The position numbers and the translations under genes were made by a program. From Squalus acanthias (Eukaryota): 64,000 nucleotides of DNA. The notes below the pieces were generated by a model. That model did not search any database. It was given only the letters and a program-made list of their open reading frames with translations, and was not told the DNA's origin. Location: assembly GCA_030390025.1 (NCBI GenBank), contig CM059438.1, positions 63,738,001 to 63,802,000 of the forward strand. The letters run 5' to 3'. Shown here piece by piece: positions 11,712 through 24,229 of the stretch (the stretch's first letter is position 1; each line of letters opens with the position of its first letter).

Positions 11712-12309
11712 TTTTAAATAAATCTGTTGGACTATAACCTGGTGTTGTGCGACTTCTCATTTTTGTCCACCCCAGTCCAACACCGGCATCTCCGCATCAT
11801 GACCTCTTGTCCAGACTAAGTTGCGGGTCAATTTGGTGTAAAAAGGACCTTAAAATGGTCCAGTTGTAACCCGTTGCAGGTCATCCTGGCAAAGGTGATG
11901 CACCAAAAAAATGGGGGGAGGCCTGCAGCTTTGAGCCTGGTCACCAGGCCCTGGTACTGTTGTACAACAGCAGCCACAAGGCTCCAGGGGCTGAAGAGCT
12001 GGTGGGAGCTGAACGTAAATGATTCCCAGAATCTTTCATCCGGCCTCGAATGACGTGAAACTAAGCAGCTTAGTGTGATAGATCGTTCAGTTAGGACACA
12101 TACTCATGGGGCACAGCAATTGTCACAGCTCTGAGCCAAGAGCAATGTTACCTCGTTATGAAGAGATGTGAGGGTGATTTCTCTGCCCTGTTCATGTGGA
12201 AACTGAGCCAAGCAAGCAAGCTTTGTGCCTGCTGGAATGGAGGACACCTGACCTCACCGAATCTTCTGGGGGTCAGTCCTATTTCCATGTTTCTGGCATG
12301 AATAATATT

Positions 12310-12520
12310 ATTAACAACGACAGCAACAAGCATTTATATCGCAAGTAAAAAAAAAATGTTCCAAGAAGCTTCAAATATGGAAATAAAGAGGGAAGCCTTC
12401 ACTGAGACAGGGAAAGAAAGATTTGCAAGGTTGCCAAATGCCTGGTCAAAAAGAGGGGATTTGGGAAAGGCTTTTAAAGAAGGTGAGAGGAATGGAGAGG
12501 CAGACGGATTTAGGAAGGAT
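12310..12520 (-). mobile_element. Decayed L2 3' end
   Basis: AAC-rich tail plus similarity to 52420-52640. Confidence 0.5.
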
Positions 12521-12739
12521 GGTTTTCTGCAGTCTTTAAAGGATCAATCAATCACCCTGCAAGGGCTGTGCAGTCATGCATGGTTGCCTTTTCATCACCG
12601 CAATCTACCATTGGTAACTTTGGGGACATCTGTAACAGAGTCCCCAACACCAGAGGTCCAAAGCCCAGTTGGAATATCTCTTGTGAATGCACAGACTGCT
12701 GCTAAAGAGGCCTTGGATGCCTGTCTCCTGTGCTTGGAC

Positions 12740-13120
12740 CTCTTTTGTTTTCCATTTATGGAAATGATTTGGACTTAAACACAGGAGGAATGATATTGAA
12801 GTTGGCTGCTGATACCAAATTTGCACACCATGAGGAAGAATGAAGGCGACTGCAGGAAGATGTAGACGGATCTACGAGTGGGCAGATAGGTGGCAGATGC
12901 AGTTCAATGCCGAGAAATGTGAAGTATTACATTCTGAGAGAAAGAACAGTGAAAGGAAGGATACCATAAACAGCAAGTCTCTTAACAGAATGCAGGAGCA
13001 GAAAGAACTGGGGGTGCCGGTACATAACTTTGTTTGCAAGTGCTTGCCCTCTCCCTCTCCTGTCCAACAATGGAAAAAGACTATCGGGACTGAAAGCAAG
13101 GAAGTGGTTATTAGAATTGT
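12740..13120 (+). mobile_element. Decayed CR1 fragment
   Basis: EWADRWQMQFNAEKCEVLH. Confidence 0.8.
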
Positions 13121-14767
13121 GACCATCACTGTGAGTTTGTTTTTTGTGTAAAAACATCAAAATAACAAAGAGTTTGAACTTTATCTGAGATAACTTTGAC
13201 ATGAAAGACAATGGCCCAGATATTAACTGGGAGACGCGCTGGGAGTGGGGTGGGGTGGGGATGGTCAGGTCCGATATCCTGTGGGAAACCCGGAAGTATG
13301 TTCAGCACATCTATCAGTGGCATTTTAACTCAGCCACCTCATTATAATTTTACTTCTGGGTTTGCTGTCCAATCCGCTGTAGCTGCCGTGATGGGGTCCC
13401 ACAGGACTCAATCTCAACTCCAGTATTTAAAGGGCCAATCCAAAGATGCAATTTGGAGGAGTTGGAGTTGAGAAGAAGAGATGAGCAACTTCAACAAGGG
13501 ATTCGAGACATTCAAAGACTGCGCCCTGGTTCACTGATGCTGCCCTTGATGTGCTGCTGGGAGCTGGGAGCAGCCGGAGGGATATACTGTTCTCCAGAAA
13601 TTGGAGGAGAAAATCTGTGGCAGAAACCAAGAAGGCGAGGTTGGAGGCTGTCCAGGAGGTGAGCAGCAGGAGCATAGTGCCATGCTCTTGGATGCAGTGA
13701 AGGAAGCAGTTTAATGACCTCACCAGGTCATGAAAGGTGAGTACAGTTGCATATTCACCTACACCCTGCAGTACCCCAACCCCCTCATTCTGCCTTCTCA
13801 AGCCTACTCCATCACATCACTCCTCACACCCACACTCTTCCTTTTCCTACTACTCCTACGTGATGCAGTCCCTGTGGCTTGAGCAGAGGTAGAGGCAGGC
13901 TGCTCAGATCCCTGACTGCTCTGACTGCTGACCTGTTCTAGGTTTTGGAGCCCATGAGGGCCCCGCCAAAGACTGCTCCACCTGCACCTGTGCAGGGGTA
14001 GACGTGGCCATTGGGAGATGAGGCAGCATGTGGGCTACTGCCTGGGTGGGGGTGGGCAATGGGTGAGAAGTGGTGTCCCCACCGCCAAAAGCCACAAACC
14101 CATGCGCCCGCTTATTCTGACTGACATCGTCACTGGTGAAGTTGACATAATTGCCGGCCCTGGCAAAGAAGTAATCAGTCACCTGCCTTGTGCATTTGTG
14201 GACCGCCGACTGGGAGATCTTGCAAATGTCTCCGGCAGAACCCTGGAAGGATCCGTAGGCGGTGGTGACTTTGAAAGCCACTGGTAAAGCATGCCCACTA
14301 ATCCAGCAGGCAGCAGGGCTTCTTCTAGGAGGCTACAGATGTCTGCCACCACCTGACGTGACGTTCGGAGCCTTTGGAAGCACTGTTGTTCAGACATGGC
14401 AAGGAAACTCAGCCTCTGCCTGTAGATCCTGTTTCACGGGTAGTGCCTCCTGCGAGCTGCTCCCCTATCTGCTGCTGCCCTCTCTGCTGTCCAGCTATAG
14501 GTCTCTGAACAGCAGGCAGGTGCTGGGGGCTGGTCACATTGGTCCTCGTCCGAGGTCCAATCTAAGGCACCCATCCTGGTGTGATTGGGAAATCCTCCAA
14601 AGTGTAGAAAGTAACCTCTCAGCAAAAGTACTGTGAACAAACTCTTTTCCACGAGCAGATAAGATAGCAGCTGTGAGTACTGAGTATTTATTGCACGTAT
14701 TTCCATGAGGTTGGTTCAGCCCCATCAATTGCTGCTGTGCTCTCGCCTTGCCTTCACTGACGAGTTT

Positions 14768-15282
14768 TGAGCAGAAACTGATAGCCAAGTTCAGCACCCA
14801 TGAGGACGGCCTCAACCGGGATCTTGGGTTCATGTCACGCTACATGTAACCCCACCTGACGTAGAGTCATCCAGACTTGCGTCGTCGTTGGCTTGTTCTC
14901 TCTACACAGATGCGGCCGGACCTGCTGTGATTTCCAGCAAAAAAAGTTTTTTGTTTTCCATACAGACTCCAGCATCTGCCACGTTGTCTTTGATGTAATG
15001 TTTTCCTGACTGACCTGTTTGGACACCATCCACACCTTTGATTGCCGTGATTATCTCTCTGCCGAGGTGTGATAAAGGTCAGTTGGAAAGATTAACTGTA
15101 ATCATCTGGCAGTGTTCTCTGACTATATATGCTGCGACTATATGCATCTCTTCACTTCACCTGACGAAGGAGCAGCAGCTCCGAAAGCTTGTGATTTCAA
15201 ATAAAGCTGTTGGACTAGAACCTGGTGTTGTGCAACTTCTCACATTTGTCCACCCCAGTCCAACACCGGCATCTCCACATCA
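14768..15282 (+). mobile_element. Short 5'-truncated PLE (ORF end, pLTR, tail) inside the Harbinger element
   Basis: EQKLIAKFSTHEDGLNRDLGFMSRYM*; same 3' end as the other PLEs; apparent TSD GAGTTT. Confidence 0.9.
15157..15194 (+). ncRNA. Hammerhead ribozyme motif
   Basis: tcac CTGACGA a ggagc-agca-gctcc GAAAgcT T gtga. Confidence 0.75.
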
Positions 15283-15716
15283 GAGTTTCAGGAAGTCCAG
15301 GAAACCCGTGGATGCGCTGTTAAACTTGAAATTCAGTTGAAATATCGCTCTAATTGGGCGATTAACGTATGTAAATAGGCAACCCGCCTCTCCTGAGGGG
15401 TTTGCCCACATGCAGCCTAACACGCTCGAGTTAGACCTGGAAGTCGGTGGGTTGGAGCCAGCTTCCTGACGCGCTGAAATTTTTTGCCAGTTTTAACCCC
15501 CACCCGCACCCAAACCCATGCGCTCCTCACAGTTAAAATTCCACCAATGTAACTAATTATCTTCGAGGAATTGTTTGTTCAAGCATCTATGACATGGGAT
15601 TTGCATGCTATATTTCTTTCTGTTCCTCTGATCTGTGAAACATCTAACATGAGTGGTAAGGAAAACTATTTAATTCCCAGTAATTAATCAAAAAGCACTT
15701 CGTTCACTCCTTCTGA

Positions 15717-16439
15717 GGGACTTTTAACCCCCAAGGCCAAGTGGGTTTGGGGCGGGTGGGAGGTAAAAATTAAAAAAATCTCAAACCTGACTCTGGGGTT
15801 TTTAATGGGGGCGGGTAGAGGGCAGGCGACCAATCCGCTCTCAGGAGGTGGTAAAACATTTTAAAGAGGCTGCACGCCTCCATTTTAAAAGGATTTTTAT
15901 TGTTAACCCATGGAGTTTCCTGGGACGGGGGAATCCCGGAAGATAAAAGGAGGCGAGAAGGGCCAGAACCATGAAGGAAGTGCCTCTACAGCACTGCTTG
16001 TGGGCCAGGAGGAGCAGGAGTGTTTCCTCCAGGCCCATCAAACTTACCTCTTCACACACCCTGCGATCGGCCGACCCTTCCCCCCACCAGACACCCCACC
16101 CCCCCCGTTCTCTGACTCCCCCCACCCCTCCGTGATCTCCAACTCCCCACCCATCCGCCGCTGTCCTCCCCCTCCCCGGCGATCTCCTACTTACCTGGCT
16201 TCCACTCCCCAGCTGCTTTCCCGCCCGACAGGCTGAAAGCCCTGCTGTTGGGCGGGAAACTGCTGAAAAAATGTAAAAGATGTCCTGCAGATAAATTCTT
16301 CATATTTCCGGGTTTCCTGCCTGGAAATCTTACCTACTCAACACCCACCCCCCCCTCCCGCTCCCCCTCCTCCCCCGGCCCCCCACCCCGCCCCATCATC
16401 ACCCGCTCCTTTCACGGCCCTGAGTAAATATTGGGGCCC
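15717..16439. mobile_element. Harbinger-type MITE (same family as 44790 and 47530)
   Basis: Shared TTTTAACCCCCAA end and GCTTGTGGGCCAGGAGGAGC core. Confidence 0.75.
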
Positions 16440-16611
16440 ATGTCTCTCAAACTTCTTTCAGTGGTCACGTGCAACTCCTGCATCCCTCAATACCCAACCC
16501 CCTCTTGCTGCATCCTAACCTCCAATCCGACAGGACCAACACCGTGGGAGATCCACTAGCAAGTTACATATAATTGCTTAACACTTTATCAGGTAACATT
16601 TGCCTGAAATA

Positions 16612-17102
16612 TTATAGAAATCATAAAATGATACAGCACAGAAGGAGGCTATTCGGCCCATCGTGCCTATGCCGGCTCTTTGAAAGAGCGATGTAATTAG
16701 TCCCACTCCCTTGCTCTTTCCCCATAGCCCTGAAAATATTTCCTTTTCAAGTATTTATCCAATTCTCTTTCAAAACTTACTAATCCACCTCCTTCCACCA
16801 CCCTTTCAGGCAGTGCATTCCAGATTATAACAACTCGCTGTGTAAAAGAATTCTCCTCGTCTCCCCTCTGGTTCTTTTGCCAATTACCTTAAATCTGTGT
16901 CCTTTAGTTACTGACCCTCCTGCCAATGGAAACATTTCTCCATATCTAACCCCTCATAATTTTGATGTCCTCCATTAAATCTCCCCTTAGCCTCTTTGCC
17001 CGAAGGAGAACAACCCCAGCTTATCTAGTCTCTCCACATAACTGAAGTCCCTCATCCCTGGCAGCAGCCCAGTCACTCTCATCTGCACCCTCGCCAAGGC
17101 CT
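16612..17102 (-). mobile_element. CR1 3' fragment
   Basis: Reverse complement of the CR1 3' end seen at 5740-6229. Confidence 0.9.
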
Positions 17103-17593
17103 GAAATAATCAGTACGAGACCAGGGAAGGTGGTCAAAGAATTAAGTCACTGCATCAATACAAACGGCTAAAGAAACAAAGCAATGACGTGGTCTATGGA
17201 TTATTAGGCTCGTGAACAGTTCCGTCGCAGTTGCAGTCGCAAAGTTAATAAAAACTAATGAAAAGGAAACTCTGGCCACACTTGAAGCATTTAAATTAGG
17301 TTTATATACTGTCTTGTCAGATTTATTGATGCTGTGAAATTTGTTGGACAGAGGCAATTGCATAGAGGTAAGTTGCTCGAGCTGCTGGCATAATTGCTCG
17401 CAATAACTCTTGCAGTTCCAGATTTGAAAAAAGAATAATGATGCTTCTCATGGGAGTCAGAGATGGATTACATGGGTAGATGCTCCTCTTTTTTGGCTAT
17501 TGTCATCTGTTCGGCTATTGGCATGGAAGAGACCACATGACTCATAGCTGAGTCGCTCCAGGAGTACAGTGACGTTTGTTGAATTTGTGTCAC

Positions 17594-18042
17594 CCATGGC
17601 TAACTTGGCAGCATATTTTGCCTCTGAGTCAGAAGGTTGTGGGTTCTCGGTCCCACCCCAGAAACTTGAGCACATAATCTAGGCTGACACTCCCAGTGCA
17701 GTGCTGAGGGAGCGCCGCACTGTCGGAGGTGCCATATTTCGGATGAGACATTAAGCCGAGGCCCCGTCTGCTCTCTCAGGTGGGTGTAAATAAAAGATCC
17801 TATGGCACTGCTCAAAGAGGAATTCTCCTGGTGTCCTGGCCAACATTTATCTCTCAATCTAAAGCAAATGATCTTGTCATTTATCTAATTGCTGTTTGTG
17901 GGACCTTGCAGTGTGCAATTTGGCTGCTGTGTTACCTACATTCCAATAGTGACTACGCTTCAGAAGTATTTCATTGGTTGTGAAGCGCTTGGGGCATCCT
18001 GAGGTTGTGAAGGACACTATATAAAGGCAAGTCTTTCTTTTT
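17594..18042 (+). mobile_element. Deu-domain SINE (SacSINE1/AmnSINE1-like)
   Basis: tRNA-like head, GGCTGACACTCCCAGTGCAG...GGAGGTGCC...GGATGAGAC core, L2-like tail. Confidence 0.85.
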
Positions 18043-18299
18043 TTAAGCACTGTAGCCTATCTCCCCCTACCTTTTCCTAGTGATGTTTAAACACCAGAGT
18101 CAATTCTATGCTGCACTGGGAGCACCAGTGGTGATCAGGCACACAGGCTTCCATGTATTGGGCAGGTAGGCCTTTGGCTTGTTGCTCACCCACTTCATTG
18201 AAAATGGTATTTTGTGCCCATGCCCTGTTTTTCATCAAGAATGTGGCGTCATTGACTGCTTGTTAATTGAACGCTGAAGAGACAGACTAGCCAGCTGAA

Positions 18300-18598
18300 G
18301 TGCGGAACAATGGGGCGTAATCTAAAAATTAGAGCTAGGCGATTTAAGAGTGAAATTGGGAGGTGCTTTTTCACCCAAAACATGGTAGAGGTCTGGAACA
18401 CTTTCCCAGCAGGTTGTGGATGCTCGGTCGGTTAGAGTTTTCAAGACTGAGAGATTTTTTTATTCGATATGAAGGGATATCAAGGGATATGGAGCAAAGG
18501 CAGGTAAATGGAGCTGAGGTACAGATCAGCCATGAATTAATTGAAAGTCGGAACAGGCTCGAAGGGCTGAAAGGCCTACTTCCGTTCCTATGTTCCTA
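18300..18598 (+). mobile_element. CR1 3' fragment
   Basis: CR1 3' UTR with GTTCCTAT tail. Confidence 0.8.
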
Positions 18599-19904
18599 GA
18601 AGCATATTTAAGTACTGGAAACAGTATTGCCATCCACATGAACGTGTGGAAGAGCTGCAATGTTTCTGCACCAAACTGACTGTAAACTCTGTGTTCCATG
18701 CATCCTATGGACAATACTTGGGCAAATTAGAATACTGTTACAGTGGCAACCTTCCTGTGCTGTTCAATTATTTTCTCATCTGCTTCCATAACTTATAGAC
18801 GTAGGAAACTGTTTTGCATTACACAAGTGCCTCCACATTGCTTTGATAGGTGGGAGAAAGACAATCCGCCTTTGCTAGACCTCCTACAGTAGCATCTTAA
18901 GGGCAGCATCCTCAACAAGAGCAGTCCTGCTCCTGTTCCATTTCCTTTTGGCCTTCAATTGTGCCATAGGACCAATAATTGCTTCCAGTTCTTGAATGCA
19001 CCCACCTCTAAAAATGCGAGCTGATCTTGAATACTTGTTAAATGTGAACAGCGGCTCTTTAAGAGCTGCTAGTTTGTCGAACACCCCACCCTACGCATAC
19101 AGTGCATTCCCTGCGCCTCAGCCAATGCGCACACGGAGCATGTATGTTTTATTATGAACTGACCTCACAAAATCATGCAAGGTCATCTTTGTTGGCAAAA
19201 TGTGTGCAATGTACATGCTGCAATTGGTCTCATTAGTACTGAGAAAGGACTGGAGAATTGGCCCTTCAGTCACGATCTTCCCATCAGTGGTGCCATGGCT
19301 TACTTCCTTATTAATTTCTTAGAAACTTGGCACATTGCTGTATCTCAATTTGTTCGCTCAAGCATCCCCACTTCCTTTCAGTAAAATCCCACAGCCTCTG
19401 TAACAAATGTCAGTAAATCTTACTGTAGCAGAGAGTATGTCATTCTTATAGATCTCATTTATCATTTTGAGGAATTCCAATATAACATTAAATTAGCATT
19501 CATGAAATTTGATTGAGAATTTGAGATCCATATCGTTTGCTTTCTAAAATTTCAAGCTGTCCTGGGACTTCTCAGAATTTAAAAAGCAAGCATGAGCGTT
19601 CACTGATACCCTAAGGCATTAAGAAGTGAAAGGTCATTTGGTCTTCGCTCTCATATTATCACCTTCATTTGGGAGAGCAGATAAATGATTTACACATAGC
19701 CTTACAAACAGAGCTGGCAAACTTTGTATTTGGTTAACAAGAGGGCGTTAGTGCTGTTGCGTATAATGAATAAATTAGGAAACAATGATTGAGGGGAGGT
19801 ATATTTAACATGGGGGTTTAATACAACAGGGAATAATTGGAGATGACGGGAGCCTGGACTAATATAATGTCACTGTCTGATTTTGTTTCTTTAAACTTAT
19901 TTTT

Positions 19905-20362
19905 GCACTACTGAGGGAGTGCTGCACTGCTGGAGGTGCCATTTTTCAGATGAAACGTTAAACAGAGGCCCCGTCTGCCCTCTCAGGTAGTGTAAAAGAT
20001 CCCATGGCACTATTTCGAAGAAGCGTAGAGGAGTTCTCCACGGCGTCCTGCCCAATATTTATCCCTCAATCAACATAACTAAAACGAATGACCTGGTCAT
20101 TATCTCATTGCGGTTTGTGAGATCTTGCTGTGCGCTAATTGGCTGCTGCGTTTCCTACATTATCACAGTGACTACACTTTATAAGTACTTCATTGGCTCT
20201 AAAGTGCTTTGGGACGTCCTGAGGTTGTGAGTGGCGCTAGGATACCAGGGAGAGCTCCCCAGCTTTTTTTCGAAATAGTGCCAAGGGATCTTTTTGATTC
20301 CACCTGAGAGGGCAGACGGGTCCTCGGTGTAACGTCTCATCCGAAAGGCAGCATCTCTGACT
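19905..20362. mobile_element. Deu-SINE (+, ~19905-20240) joined to an inverted Deu-SINE fragment (-, ~20241-20362)
   Basis: Similarity to 17594-18042 in both orientations. Confidence 0.8.
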
Positions 20363-20974
20363 ATATATGTCCCTCTTTTAAATTATTTCAATTTGGTCTC
20401 CAAGGCAAAACAGAGATGAAGACAGTAATATATTTTGGTGAGTTTTGGCTCCAGGTTGACCTTCAGTAAGACTAGTTTGCAGAGAGCATTTTACAAGCTT
20501 AAACAGGAAGTGAGAATCTGAGCTGTCCCGCAAATCAATAGTCACAATTGAATAAATCATTAATGAAACAGTGGGTTTTGAAAGCACTACTTTAATCATC
20601 CTTTTCAAGGCCTACCTATTATCAGATTGAAAACTGTCTTGGAAATGATATTGCATCCTTGCAGTGTGGGACTAGTCATAGCAATTCAGAACAGTTACTG
20701 CAGGCTAAACAAGCCATTACTTCATGTCAGTGAGCGTCACAAAGCTACACGAAGCTGTTCTGACATTCACAGCTGTTACGTCAGTTTATTCTCAACAGTA
20801 TCATTGCAATCGATCCTTGGGGACTGACTGGCTGGCTCCATTATCTTCTGGCTTCTTTCTCAGGCTGGAAGCAGATGTCATGCGTGCTGGATTCTGTTTG
20901 GATGCTGACACCTAAAGTAAATATTTTACAGTTGGCTCTACTCTCTGAAACTATATTGAAATCTGATTTTTGTT

Positions 20975-21228
20975 ATCTCGGTAACCTCCTCCAGCCCCTA
21001 CAGCTCTCTGAGAATTCTGTGTTCCTCCGATTCTGGCCTCTTGTGTATCCCCGATTTCCTTCTTTCTACCACTGGTGGCTGCGCCTTCAGCCGTCTGGGC
21101 CGTAAGTTCTGGAATTCCCTCCCTAAACTTCTCTGTCTCTCCTCCTTTAAGACGCTCCTTAAGACCTACCTCTTTGGCCAAGCTTTTGATCACCTGTCCT
21201 AATATTTGCTTATGTGGCTTGCGGTTGT
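20975..21228 (+). mobile_element. L2 3' fragment
   Basis: Similar to 7628-7880. Confidence 0.8.
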
Positions 21229-21444
21229 CTTTAAGAAGATAATTTGTGCAATGGGAGACTGCATTTTGATCCATCAACTTAATTTATATTTCTGATAAAT
21301 TTGAGCTGCTGGAATCAAAACTATTTTGCTTTCATCCTCGTGCTTTTCCCAGTAGGCCTCAACGGAGACTACTTTGACCTGGACTTGAACTTTTACAGTC
21401 TGTGTCTGCCTTACTGCAAATCTTTCAGCGAGGACTGGTTTGTG

Positions 21445-21660
21445 CAATATTATGGCACATTGCGCTCTCACCTTGAGGACCTGGGTTGAAATCCAGCCCA
21501 GAATGATCGGATAAAAATTTCATTTCTTTTCTGCCTGTAGGGGTCCTTGTGAAATGCATCTGGCCAATCTTGACCCAGTTTCACGTGGGCATGAGCCTAC
21601 AGTTTGGCAGGAACTACCATTGACATTGGCAGCCTCATGAGAGAAGGCCACAAGGGTGGC
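21445..21660 (+). mobile_element. LF-SINE-like relic
   Basis: Ordered motifs TCACC..GGTTGAAATCCAGCCCAG..GTGAAATG..TTGGCAGCCTCA..GAGAAGGCC, recalled from the LF-SINE consensus. Confidence 0.55.
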
Positions 21661-22281
21661 TGGTGTGTGTTCAGTATCCGCAATAAAAAAAACTCTTTGA
21701 TTTGATTTCAAACGACATCGTTGATCTATTGGGCCAATCTTATACTTTCTGCAAAGGCACAAACCTGCACAACCCAGCAATACAAACTAAAATGAGGAAA
21801 GGAATAAAAGAAATAAGGATAGGTTTGTGTAGTAGGGATTGCTGTTGTTCAGTTGACTTTGGGACACATGGTTGGGGCAGTGGAGATGGAACGTGTCCCT
21901 CTGCACTGTATTTGACTGGGAGTTCGCACTGTTGACACTGGGTGACCTTAGTGGAAATGTGAGCGCCAATTGTCTTCAGCTTGCACTGTTGGTCCGAAGA
22001 TTCACTCGCTACCCATGCACAGCAGGAAATTCTGGGTTGACTGCCTGCAATTTTTCAGGCCAGTGCTTAACGGGTGAAAAAGTCTCAGGCACGGTGCCCA
22101 CAATTCCCAACATGTGCATCTGGCAGGTGAGCTCATCACTGCCAGTGTGAGCATGGGAAATTACCCCCAAGTTCTCTTTCCCCGTGGTCACATCCCTCAA
22201 CTTGATGAGCACAAAAATAGGAGCAGGCAAAGGCCATTTGGCCGTTTGAGCCTGTTCTGCCATTCAGTTAGATCTTTGGCT

Positions 22282-22600
22282 TATGAAGTGGTCACTGTTG
22301 CTTTGTAGACAAATATGGTTATCAATTTTCGCACAGCAAGATCCCACAAATAGCAAAGAGATAAATAACCAGTTAATCTGTATTTTGTGATGTTGGTTGA
22401 GGTATAAATATTGACCAGGCCATTGGGAAAACTCCAGAACCCTTCAAGTAGTGCTGTGGAATCTATTATCTCCGCCTGGGACTACAGATTGGGCCTCAGT
22501 TTAACATCTCATCTGAAAGACGGCACCTCTGACAACACCACACTCCCTCAGTACTGTACTGAAGCTCAGATTATGTGCTCAAGCTCAGGGCTGGGGATAT
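22282..22600 (-). mobile_element. Deu-SINE
   Basis: Reverse-complement similarity to the other copies. Confidence 0.75.
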
Positions 22601-22869
22601 TCTCATTACTCGGCATCTGATATCTAGTCACTCTAAAAACTCTTTCCTGTACAACTTTTTCCTAGTTTTGGCCATTTATTGTGTCATTATGGTTCATATT
22701 TTTATTTTCACAACTGTTTTGTGCCATCTTGCATCTGCTGCTTTTGAATCTGTCCAGTCATTGGGCCAAATGTTTCATCAAACGATAACTTGTTAAGAGT
22801 CATGTATGGCTTCCTTTATCTGATTTGCAATCTCATCTGCTACTATTGCAGGTTCCTGCTGTCACTGCC

Positions 22870-23703
22870 ACTGTTAGCTTGGCTCAGTCGGTAGCACTCT
22901 TGCCTCTGAGTCAGAAAGTTGAGAGTTCAAGCTCCATTGCTGATTTAAACACCTAATCTAGGCTGACATTTCACTGCAGCGCTGAGGGCATGCCACACTG
23001 TTGGAGGTGCTCTCTTTCAGATAAGATGTTGAACCAACGCCCTTCATGCCTCTTTCAGGGGATATAAGAGATCCTATTTGCAGAGAAGCAGTGAGTTCTC
23101 CTGGTGCTCTGGCCAACATTCCTTTCTCAAGCAACACCAACAAAAGCAGATTAATCGGTCATTTAATTATCTGCTGTTTGTGGGACCTTAACTATTGGCT
23201 GCTGTGCTTGTCTATAAAATAACAGTGACCGCATGCAAAAAAAAAGAAAGACTTGCATTTATATAGCATCTTTTATGACCCCAGGACGTCCCAAAGCGCT
23301 TTACAGTCAGTGAAGTACTTTTGGAGTGTAGTCACTGTTGTAATGTGGGAAACTCGGCAACCAATTTGCGCACAGCAAGCTCCCACAACAGCATTGTGAT
23401 AGTGACCAGATAATCTGTTTTAGTGATGTTGGTTGAGGGATAAATATTGGCAAGGACACCAGGGATAACTCCCCTGCTCTTCTTCGAAATAGTGTTGTGG
23501 GATCTTTACATCCACCTGAGAGGCCAGACGGGTCTTGGTTAAACATCTCATCCGAAAGTCGGCACCTCCGACAATGCAGCATTATTTCAGTACTTCACTG
23601 GAGCGTCAGCCTAGATTTTTGTGATTGAATCTCTTGGGTGGGACTTGAACCTACAACCTTCTGACTCAGAGGCGAGAGTGCTACCAACTGAGTGCGACTG
23701 ACA
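22870..23703. mobile_element. Two Deu-SINEs tail-to-tail (+ ~22870-23235; - ~23245-23703)
   Basis: Head GGCTCAGTCGGTAGCACTCTTGCCTCTGAGTCAGAA at left and its reverse complement at right. Confidence 0.85.
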
Positions 23704-24229
23704 GCTTAGTGTCAAAGTAATTCATTGATTTTACTTTGGGATCTCTCAAGTGCTTGAAGAATGCTAGGTAGGTGCATGTTCTTTCTTCCTTTACAATAAA
23801 AGTATGAAATGGGCCCAGCATACGGAGTTTCAAATCAAATAATTTAAATATGAAAAATTCATATCATCAACAATATAGTTTGAAATCGAACAGGATCGGG
23901 CAATTTATTTTATCCTGGGTGCTTAGTATTGAATAAACATGTCTTTCGTGGGCTGCAGCAGTTGCCAAAGCATTTCCTTTGCCCTGGAGAGAAACGTCAC
24001 TAAAGGGGCACAATAAAGAGCTATAATGTTGTCAGAATTCATTGTTCTTTTTGTGACAAGAAGAATAAATATTCAAAAACTCAAACACGCTCATGTATTA
24101 ATGTCAGTCAAAGGCACATTCAATAGAATTACCGATTAGTGTCTTGAATCTAGTGTCTCAAGAAGCTGCTTCAGTTGGAATATTGCAAATAATTCAGGAA
24201 ATCTACGTTAGATTTTTTATTTCTTTGCG

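Larger units (their letters stand above)
9986..11801 (+). mobile_element. Penelope-like element, 5'-truncated, with inverted pLTR arms
   Basis: Left arm ~9986-10300 is the reverse complement of ~11448-11764; tail to 11801; TSD ACCTCTTGTCCA at 9974-9985 and 11802-11813. Confidence 0.95.
13213..15546. mobile_element. Harbinger/PIF transposon deletion derivative: Myb/SANT remnant on +, HARBI1-like transposase remnant on -
   Basis: + ~13520-13735 frameshifted FTDAALDVLL...QEVSSRS...KQFNDLTRS; - ~14070-14575 RQVVADICSLL, KVTTA..GSFQGSAGDICKISQSAVHKC; degenerate TIRs. Confidence 0.8.

Noticed and set aside
9986..11801. DNA transposon or DIRS element suggested by long terminal inverted repeats
   Set aside because: The core encodes PLE RT/GIY-YIG, with no transposase or tyrosine recombinase, and carries an asymmetric tail.
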